The position numbers and the translations under genes are program-made. From Candidatus Brocadiia bacterium (GTDB lineage: Bacteria > Planctomycetota > Brocadiia > SM23-32), in NCBI GenBank assembly GCA_046538485.1, contig JBKHIT010000002.1:135672-199671 (forward strand): a DNA stretch of 64,000 bases, read 5' to 3'. The notes under the pieces are model-generated. The model worked only from the letters and a program-made list of their open reading frames with translations, ran no database searches and was not told where the DNA came from. Positions 9,495 to 18,285 of this stretch are shown piece by piece (positions within the stretch are counted from its first letter, which is position 1; every line of letters begins with the position of its first letter).

Positions 9495-10409
9495 ATGACC
9501 GACCAGAACTGCGATGTTGCTATCGTTGGAAGTGGCCCGGCAGGCATGGGCGCGGCCCTGTATGCCGGACGCGCCAAATGGGAAACTGTCCTCTTCGAAA
9601 AATTGGGACCCGGCGGCCAGCTGGCGGAGGCCTACGACGTGGATAATTACCTCGGGTTTACAGATGGGATTACAGGCCCGGAATTGACGGAAAAAATGAA
9701 GAATCATGCCGAACGATTCGGTGCCGAGATAATACGGGAAGAAGTTGTGGATCTTATCGACGAGGGCGAGTTGAAAAGAGTTGTCACGGGTTCGAACGAG
9801 TATCGGGCTCCCGTTGCTATTATCGCATCAGGTGCCTCACACCGAAAACTCAATGTTCCCGGGGAAGAAAGGCTTGCCGGGGCGGGTGTCAGTTACTGCG
9901 GAACCTGCGACGGCGCCTTTTTCCGCGATAAGAAACTGGTCGTTGTCGGGGGGGGAGACGCTGCGATGACAGAAGCAGTGTTTCTCACCCGTTTTGCCTC
10001 GGAAATCAAACTCGTCCATCGTCGGCAAGGATTGCGTGCGGAGGCGATGAATATTGATAAGGCGAAGCGAAATGAGAAAATTGAATTTGTGCTTGATACG
10101 ATCGTTACAGACATTAACGGGGAAAATAAGGTTGAAGGGGTGACACTGAGGAATGTGAAGACTGACAAAGAATGGCAGCATGAGTGCGACGGCGTCTTCA
10201 TTTTTGTCGGACATGTGCCAAATACAGGCTACCTCAAGACCATCCTGCCCCAATATGCAGGAGAGCTGATTCCCACCGACATGAATATGGAGACTGAAGT
10301 GAAAGGGCTTTACGCCATCGGGGACGTGCGCGTAGGTTCCTACCGCCAGATTGCAACCGCAGTGGCCGATGGTGTGGTGGCAGCAATGCATGCGGAAAAG
10401 CGCGTTTAG
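9495..10409 (+). CDS. trxB: Thioredoxin reductase
   Basis: GSGPAG, GVSYCGTCDG redox CxxC, GGGDAA, GDV; AAGGAG SD. Confidence 0.95.
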   Translation: MTDQNCDVAIVGSGPAGMGAALYAGRAKWETVLFEKLGPGGQLAEAYDVDNYLGFTDGITGPELTEKMKNHAERFGAEIIREEVVDLIDEGELKRVVTGSNEYRAPVAIIASGASHRKLNVPGEERLAGAGVSYCGTCDGAFFRDKKLVVVGGGDAAMTEAVFLTRFASEIKLVHRRQGLRAEAMNIDKAKRNEKIEFVLDTIVTDINGENKVEGVTLRNVKTDKEWQHECDGVFIFVGHVPNTGYLKTILPQYAGELIPTDMNMETEVKGLYAIGDVRVGSYRQIATAVADGVVAAMHAEKRV

Positions 10410-10738
10410 CCGTTACCGGTTGGCGTGTGAGCAACCACAGCTGGGGGATGATCGTTGTAGCCTTTTGCGATGCCAGAGGAGCGAAAACCGCCGGATTGAG
10501 CAGGCGCTCGGCGGCAGCAGACAGGCAGATGGCCGGGCGATGTCGGGTCGAAAAATTCGTTCTAAGGCGTATATAGAGGCCTTTGTTGTTGTAAGCGTCG
10601 TTTTTACCATTGTCTGCGTTTGACCAGCATCCCCCCGTTTGAATTCGACTGACCTTTCCTGTAGATAAGCCCCCATGATCTCATCGAATACATTTGTGAG
10701 AGCGGGAGTAGCTCGCACGATCAATCTGGAGACGCCAC

Positions 10739-11893
10739 ATGACCCAATATGAACTTCAAACCGAGGATTTCGCCTTTGACGGTCCTCTAGGCTGCCAGGG
10801 GGCCAGCATTGAAAAGATCGGTAAAGATCATTTCCGCGTGACCCCGGGGCATGCACCCGAGCACCCCGAATGGGCCAACAAAGTCAATTTAACCATCAGC
10901 AACCACGCCCGGAATCATCGTCTCAGACTCGACGTGGATTTCAGCGGCGGAAGCTCCATGCCGTTCAATGAATATTCTTATTCATGGTCATACGACGCCG
11001 AAAACTGGCGTCCGGTCCACTGGGAGAAAAACGAGCCGGACAGCCCGGCAGGGGATACTCTGCTGTTCCCGATCTTTGAACGCGACACCGTTTATGTCGG
11101 CCACCAGGTGCCCATGTCGTATGAAACCATGGTGCATCTGTTGAACAATTTTGCCCAAAATCGCGATGCCGGCCTGGTGAAAATTGGTGAATCACTTGGA
11201 GGGCGCCCCCTCCTGCGTCTCCGGGCAACGTCCAATGAATCTTCCATCCCGCTGGAGCAACGCCCGGTTCTGTATTTCGCCAACCAGCATCCCGGCGAGC
11301 ATAACGCCCAGTGGCGGATGATCGGAATGATTAACTGGCTGCTCAGTGGCGATACAACTGCGGATAGTTTCCTGCGGAACCATGCGGCTCATTTTCTGAT
11401 TATGATGAGCCCGGATGCGCCCTCAAACGGATGGTACAGGGTCAACGCGGAGGGCGTCGACATGAACCGTTCATACAATCCGAAGGGGTCCAGCCCCGAA
11501 GCCCAGACCCATGAGGCCTGCGTGGCACAGCGGGACCTTGAAAACATCGCGGAAACGCGGCCGCTGCGCATGGTATGGGGACACCACACCTGGGCTGGTA
11601 TCGTTGATCCCCTCATCGTTCCGGCTGAGAGCACGGAATCAAATTATGGTCCATGGCAGAACCTGCGCGACATGATTCTCGCGGCCGATCTAAAAGGCCG
11701 GATGAAACCGATGCGTCAACACGGTCCTTCCAGCTACGAAGGCAGCTGGACGGGAGGCCCGCATCAACAGTTCGGCGTAACAGCAGTTCTCTGCGAAGGT
11801 GCCGGCGGACATTATCTCAAAGAAGAATGCCTCCAGGCCGGAGGAGCTCTCATGGAAGGCTTATCTTATTACTGCACGGGTGAAATGCCATGA
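10739..11893 (+). CDS. M14 family zinc carboxypeptidase
   Basis: IGESLGGRPL, QHPGE (HxxE), GVDMNR, downstream His and C-terminal Glu (LCEG). Confidence 0.8.
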   Translation: MTQYELQTEDFAFDGPLGCQGASIEKIGKDHFRVTPGHAPEHPEWANKVNLTISNHARNHRLRLDVDFSGGSSMPFNEYSYSWSYDAENWRPVHWEKNEPDSPAGDTLLFPIFERDTVYVGHQVPMSYETMVHLLNNFAQNRDAGLVKIGESLGGRPLLRLRATSNESSIPLEQRPVLYFANQHPGEHNAQWRMIGMINWLLSGDTTADSFLRNHAAHFLIMMSPDAPSNGWYRVNAEGVDMNRSYNPKGSSPEAQTHEACVAQRDLENIAETRPLRMVWGHHTWAGIVDPLIVPAESTESNYGPWQNLRDMILAADLKGRMKPMRQHGPSSYEGSWTGGPHQQFGVTAVLCEGAGGHYLKEECLQAGGALMEGLSYYCTGEMP

Positions 11894-11967
11894 AACCTGA
11901 ACAGGCGGATTTATGTGAGCTGTACGACCTTGAAAACGATCCCGAAGAACTGAAAAACCTGTTCTGA
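11890..11967 (+). pseudogene. Sulfatase C-terminal remnant
   Basis: MKPEQADLCELYDLENDPEELKNLF* matches the ELYDLxxDPxExxNL C-terminal motif of sulfatases; no catalytic domain present. Confidence 0.7.
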
Positions 11968-11988
11968 GGTATCTTGTTTTCCTCATGA

Positions 11989-12049
11989 CCATAACGTCAC
12001 GGCTCTGCGGCGGCGCGATAGCGACGTACGCAGCAGCCGATGGTTGGCG
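11989..12049 (-). mobile_element. Integron attC site (downstream of ZIP cassette)
   Basis: Minus strand CGCCAAC-CAT-CGGCT(G)CTGCG...CGCAGAGCCG-TGAC-GTTATGG: R''/R' AAC/GTT boxes, L-box stem with extrahelical G, 61 bp. Confidence 0.8.
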
Positions 12050-12144
12050 GGTTCATATTTCAACGATCATATGCTTGAGCTGCCCATTTGCTGGTTCCCA
12101 CATGATCGATTGGCGCATTATGTGGTGATACCAGGTCACATTCA

Positions 12145-12960
12145 TCATCCCAACGCCACATCGAGTAGCATCATCACGGCAAAACCCACCATAGTTGAGA
12201 TGGTCACTACATCGATGTTTGCCTCGTTTCGCTGAGATTCCGGGATCAGTTCCTCGACCACCACAAAAATCATTGCTCCTGCAGCAAAGCAAAGTGCGTA
12301 GGGCAGTATGTTCTGCATGTGCAGAACAAATGCCGCCCCGACAACCCCTGCGATGGGCTCAACGATGCCGGATGCCTGCCCCAGGACGAAGCTCTTTGTC
12401 CGACCCATTCCCTCCCTCCGCAACGGTAGTGACACGGCTGCACCTTCCGGAAAATTCTGGAGACCAATACCGATTGCCAACGCAATGGCCCCACCAAGCG
12501 AGGCAGAAGGAAGATCGGCTGCCACAGCTCCAAAAGCTACCCCAACCGCGAGACCCTCGGGGATATTGTGCAAAGTAATCGCAAGAACCAGCAGTGTGCT
12601 CCGCTGCAAGGACGTTTTGATCCCTTCGCTCTGCCCCAAATCAAACCCTATATGAAGATGCGGTAGCAAGCGGTCCGAGAGTCGCATGAAAATCCCGCCA
12701 ACCATGAATCCGATGACGGCTGTTAGCCAAGGGATCTGCCCCATCTGCTCGGCCATTTCGATGCCCGGCGCAAGCAATGACCAGAAGCTTGCGGCAATCA
12801 TGACGCCAGCCGCGAAACCAAGCATCGAATCCATGAGTTTTGGACTGACTTTCTTCGTGAAGAAGACGAGCGCTGCTCCCACTGCCGTTACACCCCACGT
12901 AAAGAGCGTGGCCATCAGCGCTTGTGTAATGGGGCTGAATTGCTGCAGAAATGCGATCAT
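12145..12960 (-). CDS. ZIP family (GufA/ZupT-like) metal transporter, cassette-borne
   Basis: [34 protein letters not shown] motifs. Confidence 0.95.
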   Translation of the reverse strand: MIAFLQQFSPITQALMATLFTWGVTAVGAALVFFTKKVSPKLMDSMLGFAAGVMIAASFWSLLAPGIEMAEQMGQIPWLTAVIGFMVGGIFMRLSDRLLPHLHIGFDLGQSEGIKTSLQRSTLLVLAITLHNIPEGLAVGVAFGAVAADLPSASLGGAIALAIGIGLQNFPEGAAVSLPLRREGMGRTKSFVLGQASGIVEPIAGVVGAAFVLHMQNILPYALCFAAGAMIFVVVEELIPESQRNEANIDVVTISTMVGFAVMMLLDVALG

Positions 12961-12981
12961 CTGTCATCCTCTGTTTGTTTG

Positions 12982-13037
12982 CTCGAACGTCACGCATCAG
13001 ACGCTTCGGAAGTCGCGTCTGCATGCGTTTGTTCGGC
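12982..13037 (-). mobile_element. Integron attC site (downstream of membrane-protein cassette)
   Basis: Minus strand GCCGAAC-AA-ACGCAT(G)CAGACGC...GCGTCTGATGCGT-GAC-GTTCGAG: 56 bp with extrahelical G; the ORF stop lies inside the site. Confidence 0.85.
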
Positions 13038-13514
13038 AGTTCCGTTGATTACATTTTTGACCTTCGGGCCTCTCAGGTACTTCAGCATGATGACAAGAGG
13101 AACCCCGTAGATTCCCGTGATAATCACGCCCATGACTGCACCCATGATCCCGAAACCACGGGGACCATGGTCTGAAATCATGGAGACCCAGTTGAAAAGC
13201 CAGAAGACCATGAAACCAAGAATGAAGATAAGAAGCAGCCAAGTCAGCCCTTCCAGCACGCTGCGAGCCCACGCCTTGAGCTTGAGGAAGTTGATTCCAG
13301 AAACGAGTCCCAGCACGGCAACCCCGATCTGAACGATGGCGAGCAGCGGGAAAATCTTGAAGATGAAGGGCATGTCTGGTTCGTCTTGTGCCATTTCGCC
13401 AATCATGACGGAACTGAAAAGGCCCATGGTTGCCGAGAGGCACATGAGGCCACCGATAATAATCCATGCCCAACCGATCACGGTTATGCATGTTGGTCGT
13501 TTCTCCTGATACAT
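12990..13514 (-). CDS. Hypothetical four-TM membrane protein (integron gene cassette)
   Basis: AGGAGG SD immediately after GTTCGGC; KRPTCITVIGW start; four hydrophobic segments; C-terminus runs into attC. Confidence 0.8.
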   Translation of the reverse strand: MYQEKRPTCITVIGWAWIIIGGLMCLSATMGLFSSVMIGEMAQDEPDMPFIFKIFPLLAIVQIGVAVLGLVSGINFLKLKAWARSVLEGLTWLLLIFILGFMVFWLFNWVSMISDHGPRGFGIMGAVMGVIITGIYGVPLVIMLKYLRGPKVKNVINGTAEQTHADATSEASDA

Positions 13515-13816
13515 ATTATTCCTCCTGCCGAACAGGTACCTTTTAACCTTCATTATGCTTTACGCACAAGTTACCCGTTCCGAGCCCCGCATTCAAGACC
13601 TGAATCCCGTTGTTCGGACCTTTATTCCCGAAGGGCGGCACTGGTTGAGTTCGAAGCTCCCGGCAGGGCCAGGTTAACGGCCGAAGCATCGAGATTTTGC
13701 CGGAACATACTGGTAGATTTGCTTGAGGAAAAGATAAACCCGTTGGTATGCCGTCTGTGAGAATCCGCTACAGCATATCCCCGGTCGAAGCCGAGCCTTG
13801 ATAGGCCGGCGCTCAG

Positions 13817-13846
13817 TTGACACATTTGGCGGCTGCCCATTATCGT
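13817..13846 (+). promoter_or_regulatory. Possible sigma70 promoter for ferritin-like gene
   Basis: TTGACA-18 bp-TATCGT. Confidence 0.4.
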
Positions 13847-13901
13847 ATTTGATAGCGACTATGATGTTTAGGCTCCAATTACTTGAGAAGGAGGCAATCT
13901 G

Positions 13902-14426
13902 ATGGCTGGAGATTTGACCGAAGCGATACAGCTCGCGCGTAAGATGGAGTTGGACGGAATAGGTTTTTACGATGATGCAGCCAAGAAAGCAGGGAATCCC
14001 CAGGCTGCGCAGCTTTTTAAATCGTTTTCCAAAGACGAAGAGCGGCACCTGAAGATCGTTGAAAAGCTTGCTGAAGGAATGGGAGTCGATGTCGACCAGA
14101 TGCCAATGCCTGCTGATGAGATTAAGACGGTTTTCAGTACAGCGGGCCAGGAGATCGCCGTGGAAGCTGAAGTATCGGCGAGCGAGCGGGAAGCCATCGA
14201 GATGGCTCTGGAAATGGAAGAGAAAAGCTATAAGCTTTACGCTGATGCAGCCAAAAATGCTGGCACCGCGGATCAGCGGGCAATTTTCGAACGCCTTTCC
14301 CAGGAAGAAAATCAGCACTATTCCATTTTGGAAAACACGCGCGACTATCTGGATAAAAACGAACAGTGGAATTTGTCAGAGGAATGGGGGCTCCTAATGG
14401 GCGATTTGACTTCTTTGGGCGGCTAA
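13902..14426 (+). CDS. Ferritin-like/rubrerythrin family protein
   Basis: MELDGIGFY...DEERH and MEEKSYKLY...EENQH di-iron motifs; AAGGAGG SD. Confidence 0.85.
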   Translation: MAGDLTEAIQLARKMELDGIGFYDDAAKKAGNPQAAQLFKSFSKDEERHLKIVEKLAEGMGVDVDQMPMPADEIKTVFSTAGQEIAVEAEVSASEREAIEMALEMEEKSYKLYADAAKNAGTADQRAIFERLSQEENQHYSILENTRDYLDKNEQWNLSEEWGLLMGDLTSLGG

Positions 14427-14446
14427 AAGCGCATATGTTAATTTTT

Positions 14447-14476
14447 AAGGGCACGGTTTGTTCCGTGCCTTTTTTT
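14447..14476 (+). terminator. Intrinsic terminator
   Basis: GGCACGG-TTTGTT-CCGTGCC stem followed by a T run, 20 bp after the stop. Confidence 0.75.
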
Positions 14477-14514
14477 ATATAAAATCTGGGAAAAAAGAGG
14501 AAAGGGAGCCGAAG

Positions 14515-15480
14515 ATGGCAGATACGAGTTTTGCGGACCGTTTAATCATGGCAAGCAGGGCCAAACGCAGCCAGGTTGTGGTGGGACTCGATCCGCGTCC
14601 GGAAATGATGCCATCCGCCCTGATGGAAGAGGCGGTGAAGAACCGCGGCCGGACGGCTGAAGCCGTAGGGCTGGCATTTGGACGGTTCAATCTCGGCATT
14701 ATCGAAGCGGTGAGAGACCACGCCGTTGCCGTGAAGCCGCAGATAGCATTTTATGAGCGATTTGGTCGGGCGGGGCTCAATGCATACGTCCAAACGCTTG
14801 AGGCGGCCCGCGAAAGCGGTCTTCTTGTTATCGGGGATGTGAAGCGGAATGACATTGGCAGCACAGCCGCTGCATACGCCCGAGGCCACCTTTTCGGAGA
14901 GGAAGAGGGGGAGGGGTGGCTCGGGGGCATGGATTTTCGCGTTGACGCCATCACAATCAATCCACTGTTTGGTTACGATGGTGTGAGCCCGTTTCTGAAA
15001 CGAGCAGCCGAGGGCGGGGGCGGTATCTTTGCACTTGTGAAAACCAGCAACCCATCTTCCACCGAACTCCAGGATCTTGAGACGCCGGAGGGGCTGGTTT
15101 ACGAAAAGTTAGCTGATTATGTCGCGGAATGGGGCAAGCCCTACTGCGGGGAAAATGGGTACAGTCTTCTCGGGGCGGTCGTGGGGGCGACTTTCCCGGA
15201 AGAATTGGAATCTTTACGCACGCGGATGCCCCGAACCATTTTCCTGGTGCCGGGATTTGGAGCGCAGGGTGGGGGAGTCTCCGACGTTGTGGGGGCGTTT
15301 GACGAGGAAGGCGACGGGGCGGTGGTCAATTCCTCACGGGGTATCATATATGCATTCCGACGCGAGCCGTATTCCGAGAAATACGGTCCGGCTCAGTGGG
15401 CCCAGGCGGCCGGGGAAGCGTGCCGTGAGATGAAAGAGCAAATCTGGGAGGCGACGCATCCGGAAGAGGCGGGCGACTAA
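14515..15480 (+). CDS. pyrF: Orotidine-5'-phosphate decarboxylase (type 2)
   Basis: VGLDP, KPQIAFYE, DVKRNDIGST, KTSNPS, GAVVGAT, PGFGAQGG, NSSR. Confidence 0.95.
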   Translation: MADTSFADRLIMASRAKRSQVVVGLDPRPEMMPSALMEEAVKNRGRTAEAVGLAFGRFNLGIIEAVRDHAVAVKPQIAFYERFGRAGLNAYVQTLEAARESGLLVIGDVKRNDIGSTAAAYARGHLFGEEEGEGWLGGMDFRVDAITINPLFGYDGVSPFLKRAAEGGGGIFALVKTSNPSSTELQDLETPEGLVYEKLADYVAEWGKPYCGENGYSLLGAVVGATFPEELESLRTRMPRTIFLVPGFGAQGGGVSDVVGAFDEEGDGAVVNSSRGIIYAFRREPYSEKYGPAQWAQAAGEACREMKEQIWEATHPEEAGD

Positions 15481-17189
15481 TCAGGCACAGCGTCCCGGGC
15501 CTCCATCCCTCCGAACAGCCGACAGACGGCATCGCCTAGTTTATCGGGATGGTGGCGTAGCAAATCCTGTTTTTCCCAGAGCACCCGGGGTTGGCTGATG
15601 TCTTCAAGAAGGTCTGTGAAAACAGTGCGGACGTCAATATCTTTGACATCTTCTTGTTTGCCCACAAGTTCGGCCCCATCGGCGCGGTACTTTTCCACAA
15701 TGTTTTGCGGTGGATCGGTGGAATTAAGGATCATGCAATCAATAATCTGGGGCCCAAGATGTTTTTCGAGGGCAATATAGTGGTCACGGGCGCTAAAACC
15801 GTCCGTCTGGCCGGGCTGTGTCATTGCGTTGCACACGTAATAGACTCTGGCCCGTGTATTTTTGACCGCATCGCGGATTCGGGGCACCAGAATGTTGGGA
15901 ATTACACTTGTGAAAAGACTTCCCGGTCCGAGAACAATGATATCGGCATTTTCGATTTCTTCCACTGCTTCGTCGAGCGCTTCGGCATCCTGCGGTTTGA
16001 GGAAAACTTTTTCGATGGGTGGTTTGTCGATCCCCCGTACCTGGACTTCCTGTTCCACAACTGAACCATCTTTCAATTCGGCGCAAACGTGGCAGTCAGT
16101 GAGCGTGGAGGGAAGCACTTTTCCGTTGATATTCAACAGGTTGCTGACGAGACGTATGCCTTTTTCAAACCGGCCTGTCATATCGGTGGTTGCGGCGATA
16201 ACAAGATTGCCGAGGCTCATACCTTCAAGGGAACCTTCTGCGAATCGGTATTGAAAGAGTTCGTTCAGCCTTCTTTCTCTTTCTCCTGGTTCGGAGAGGG
16301 CGACTAAACAGTTCCTGACGTCGCCTGGAGCGAGTATCCCGAGTTCGTCACGTAGTTTGCCTGAGGATCTTCCGCTATCAGTGACGGCAACAATAGCGGT
16401 GAGATGTTTGCTATAGGTTTTACAACCCTCAAGGACGATAGGAAGCCCTGTTCCACCACCCATCGCTACGATACGAAGGTGGTCGGGTGGTTTGCCGAGA
16501 TCGACCATTCTGAGTATTGTAGGCACCTGAAAAATATTTGTGATTTTGTAATCAGGGACTTCGAATTGATCGCGCGGTTCGGCTCGGCTGAAACGTCCGT
16601 GCAGCATCTGAGCGGTGGTAAAGCCGAGTTCGTTACCGTAACGAATTTCTTCGCTTGGTCGATCCCCAACAATGAGAATTTCGGCAGGGTTTAATTTATA
16701 TTTGCTGAGGAAATAGCGCAGGCATTCTGTCATCCGGGCTCCGCGGTCGACATCGCTTACGAGGATATCATCGAATTTGCCTTCGAGGCCGAGTTTTGTG
16801 ATTTTTCCCCGTTGCCGGCGGTGGTTGCCGACCGTTAGAAGAAAACATTTAATGCCCTGGCGCCGGAGCGTGCGCAAAGTGGAAAGTACGTCCGGGAAAA
16901 GGTGGATATCGTCGGCCACTTCTTCGCGATTATACGCGCGGTAGGCAATCTGGAGAGCTTCTTGATCCAGATCGTAACGTTCTCCAATCTCATCGAAAAC
17001 CAGGAAATGCGGTCCGTGATCAGCTGCCAGGTCTTTCTGAAGTTCGAAGGCTTCATCGACCGACATCGGTAAACCCGCATCCACGAGAGCTTGCGCGGCG
17101 CGGTGACGTGAAGCATCGATAAGCGAACCTGTGCAATCGAACAGTGTGTCATCGAGATCAAATATGACCGCTCTAAAACTCGCTCGCAT
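15477..17189 (-). CDS. HAD-family phosphatase fused to YvcK/GlmR (CofD-like) domain
   Basis: N-terminal DLDDTL and VGDR HAD motifs; C-terminal GGGTGL, TDSGRSSG, PGDVRN, GPGSLFTS, RH of YvcK; single open frame. Confidence 0.9.
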   Translation of the reverse strand: MRASFRAVIFDLDDTLFDCTGSLIDASRHRAAQALVDAGLPMSVDEAFELQKDLAADHGPHFLVFDEIGERYDLDQEALQIAYRAYNREEVADDIHLFPDVLSTLRTLRRQGIKCFLLTVGNHRRQRGKITKLGLEGKFDDILVSDVDRGARMTECLRYFLSKYKLNPAEILIVGDRPSEEIRYGNELGFTTAQMLHGRFSRAEPRDQFEVPDYKITNIFQVPTILRMVDLGKPPDHLRIVAMGGGTGLPIVLEGCKTYSKHLTAIVAVTDSGRSSGKLRDELGILAPGDVRNCLVALSEPGERERRLNELFQYRFAEGSLEGMSLGNLVIAATTDMTGRFEKGIRLVSNLLNINGKVLPSTLTDCHVCAELKDGSVVEQEVQVRGIDKPPIEKVFLKPQDAEALDEAVEEIENADIIVLGPGSLFTSVIPNILVPRIRDAVKNTRARVYYVCNAMTQPGQTDGFSARDHYIALEKHLGPQIIDCMILNSTDPPQNIVEKYRADGAELVGKQEDVKDIDVRTVFTDLLEDISQPRVLWEKQDLLRHHPDKLGDAVCRLFGGMEARDAVPD

Positions 17190-18285
17190 TGCATGCTCCA
17201 GGACGAAAAAAATGATTGATACCCACCAAAGCATTCTACAAAAAGCCCGGGGCGAGATCGAACGAAAATTTACTGCCAGCCCCCTCATGACCAATAGCAG
17301 ATCTGACGCTGAGGGGGCTTGAAATATGCGGGTTAGCAAGATCACGGGACCAATTCAGGTGAATAATACGTTCAATCTTTGCTGTGTGGATTTTGCGGGT
17401 TGTTTTTGACGGGTTCGAGCGTGTGAATTCGCTGCAGCGTGCGACGTAACATTTCCGGAAGTAGATTCCCGGCATCACTCGTTTGTGTAACGCTACCAAG
17501 ACGGGCAACTCTGAAACTATTGTAATTGGCCTCAAATTCTTTGGGCGCACCTTTGACATTGTCTGGAACAAGGGTGTCTCAACTTGCATTTTGTGTAAGG
17601 CGAGAGGTGCGAAATCGTATCGGAAAGGGGCTTAGGGTGTTATTTCAATTTCCGCTTTTAGTAACACGAAACACGGCATCAGTGCAACGGCATTCCTGTG
17701 TGCGCGAAACGAGCCTTTGGGTGCCGAATTTGGCAATCTCAGCGTTTTCTGTTTTTGAGCTGCGATTCGTTTTGGGTGTGTTTTCCCCTAAGTCCTTGAC
17801 TGGATAGGAGGAACGAAAAACCGGACCGCGTCAGAATTTGGGGCAATGGTATTGGAGAAAAAAGATTGCTGGCGTACTCAAGAATTATTAGAAGTTCGTA
17901 AGATTTCTCGAACCGCTTGTGTCCTATCAGCTTACATGAGGAAAGCATTCACATCGGACGGAAAGAATATTTGTCAGAGCAGTGAATGCGTTGACCCAGA
18001 CCGTTTCATGACTTAACATCCACGTGATTTGGTTGCGGGAGTTAACCGACTGGCCCGGCAGCTACGGCGTCCGAAGTAGTCAACGGAGGAGTGACTGGAA
18101 TGAAAAGGTTTGATGTTGCCGCGCGTGCCGATGATACAGAGGGTTTTGTGAGTCAGTGTCATCGAAACAATTGGGCAGATAATTGTCCGCGCCTGTATTT
18201 CCCTCCCGCTTCGTTTCCCCACTAACCAGGACGGTTTAATAAGTTTTTGATTGAAGCGACTGGAATGTCGTGACAGGAGGAGTGT

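Noticed and set aside
13534..13901. Integron integrase next to the cassette array
   Set aside because: No tyrosine recombinase ORF or motif here or elsewhere in the window.
17190..18285. oriC upstream of the dnaA-like gene
   Set aside because: No perfect or clustered DnaA boxes (best is TGTGGATTT, two mismatches) and no clear unwinding element; cannot be supported from this window.
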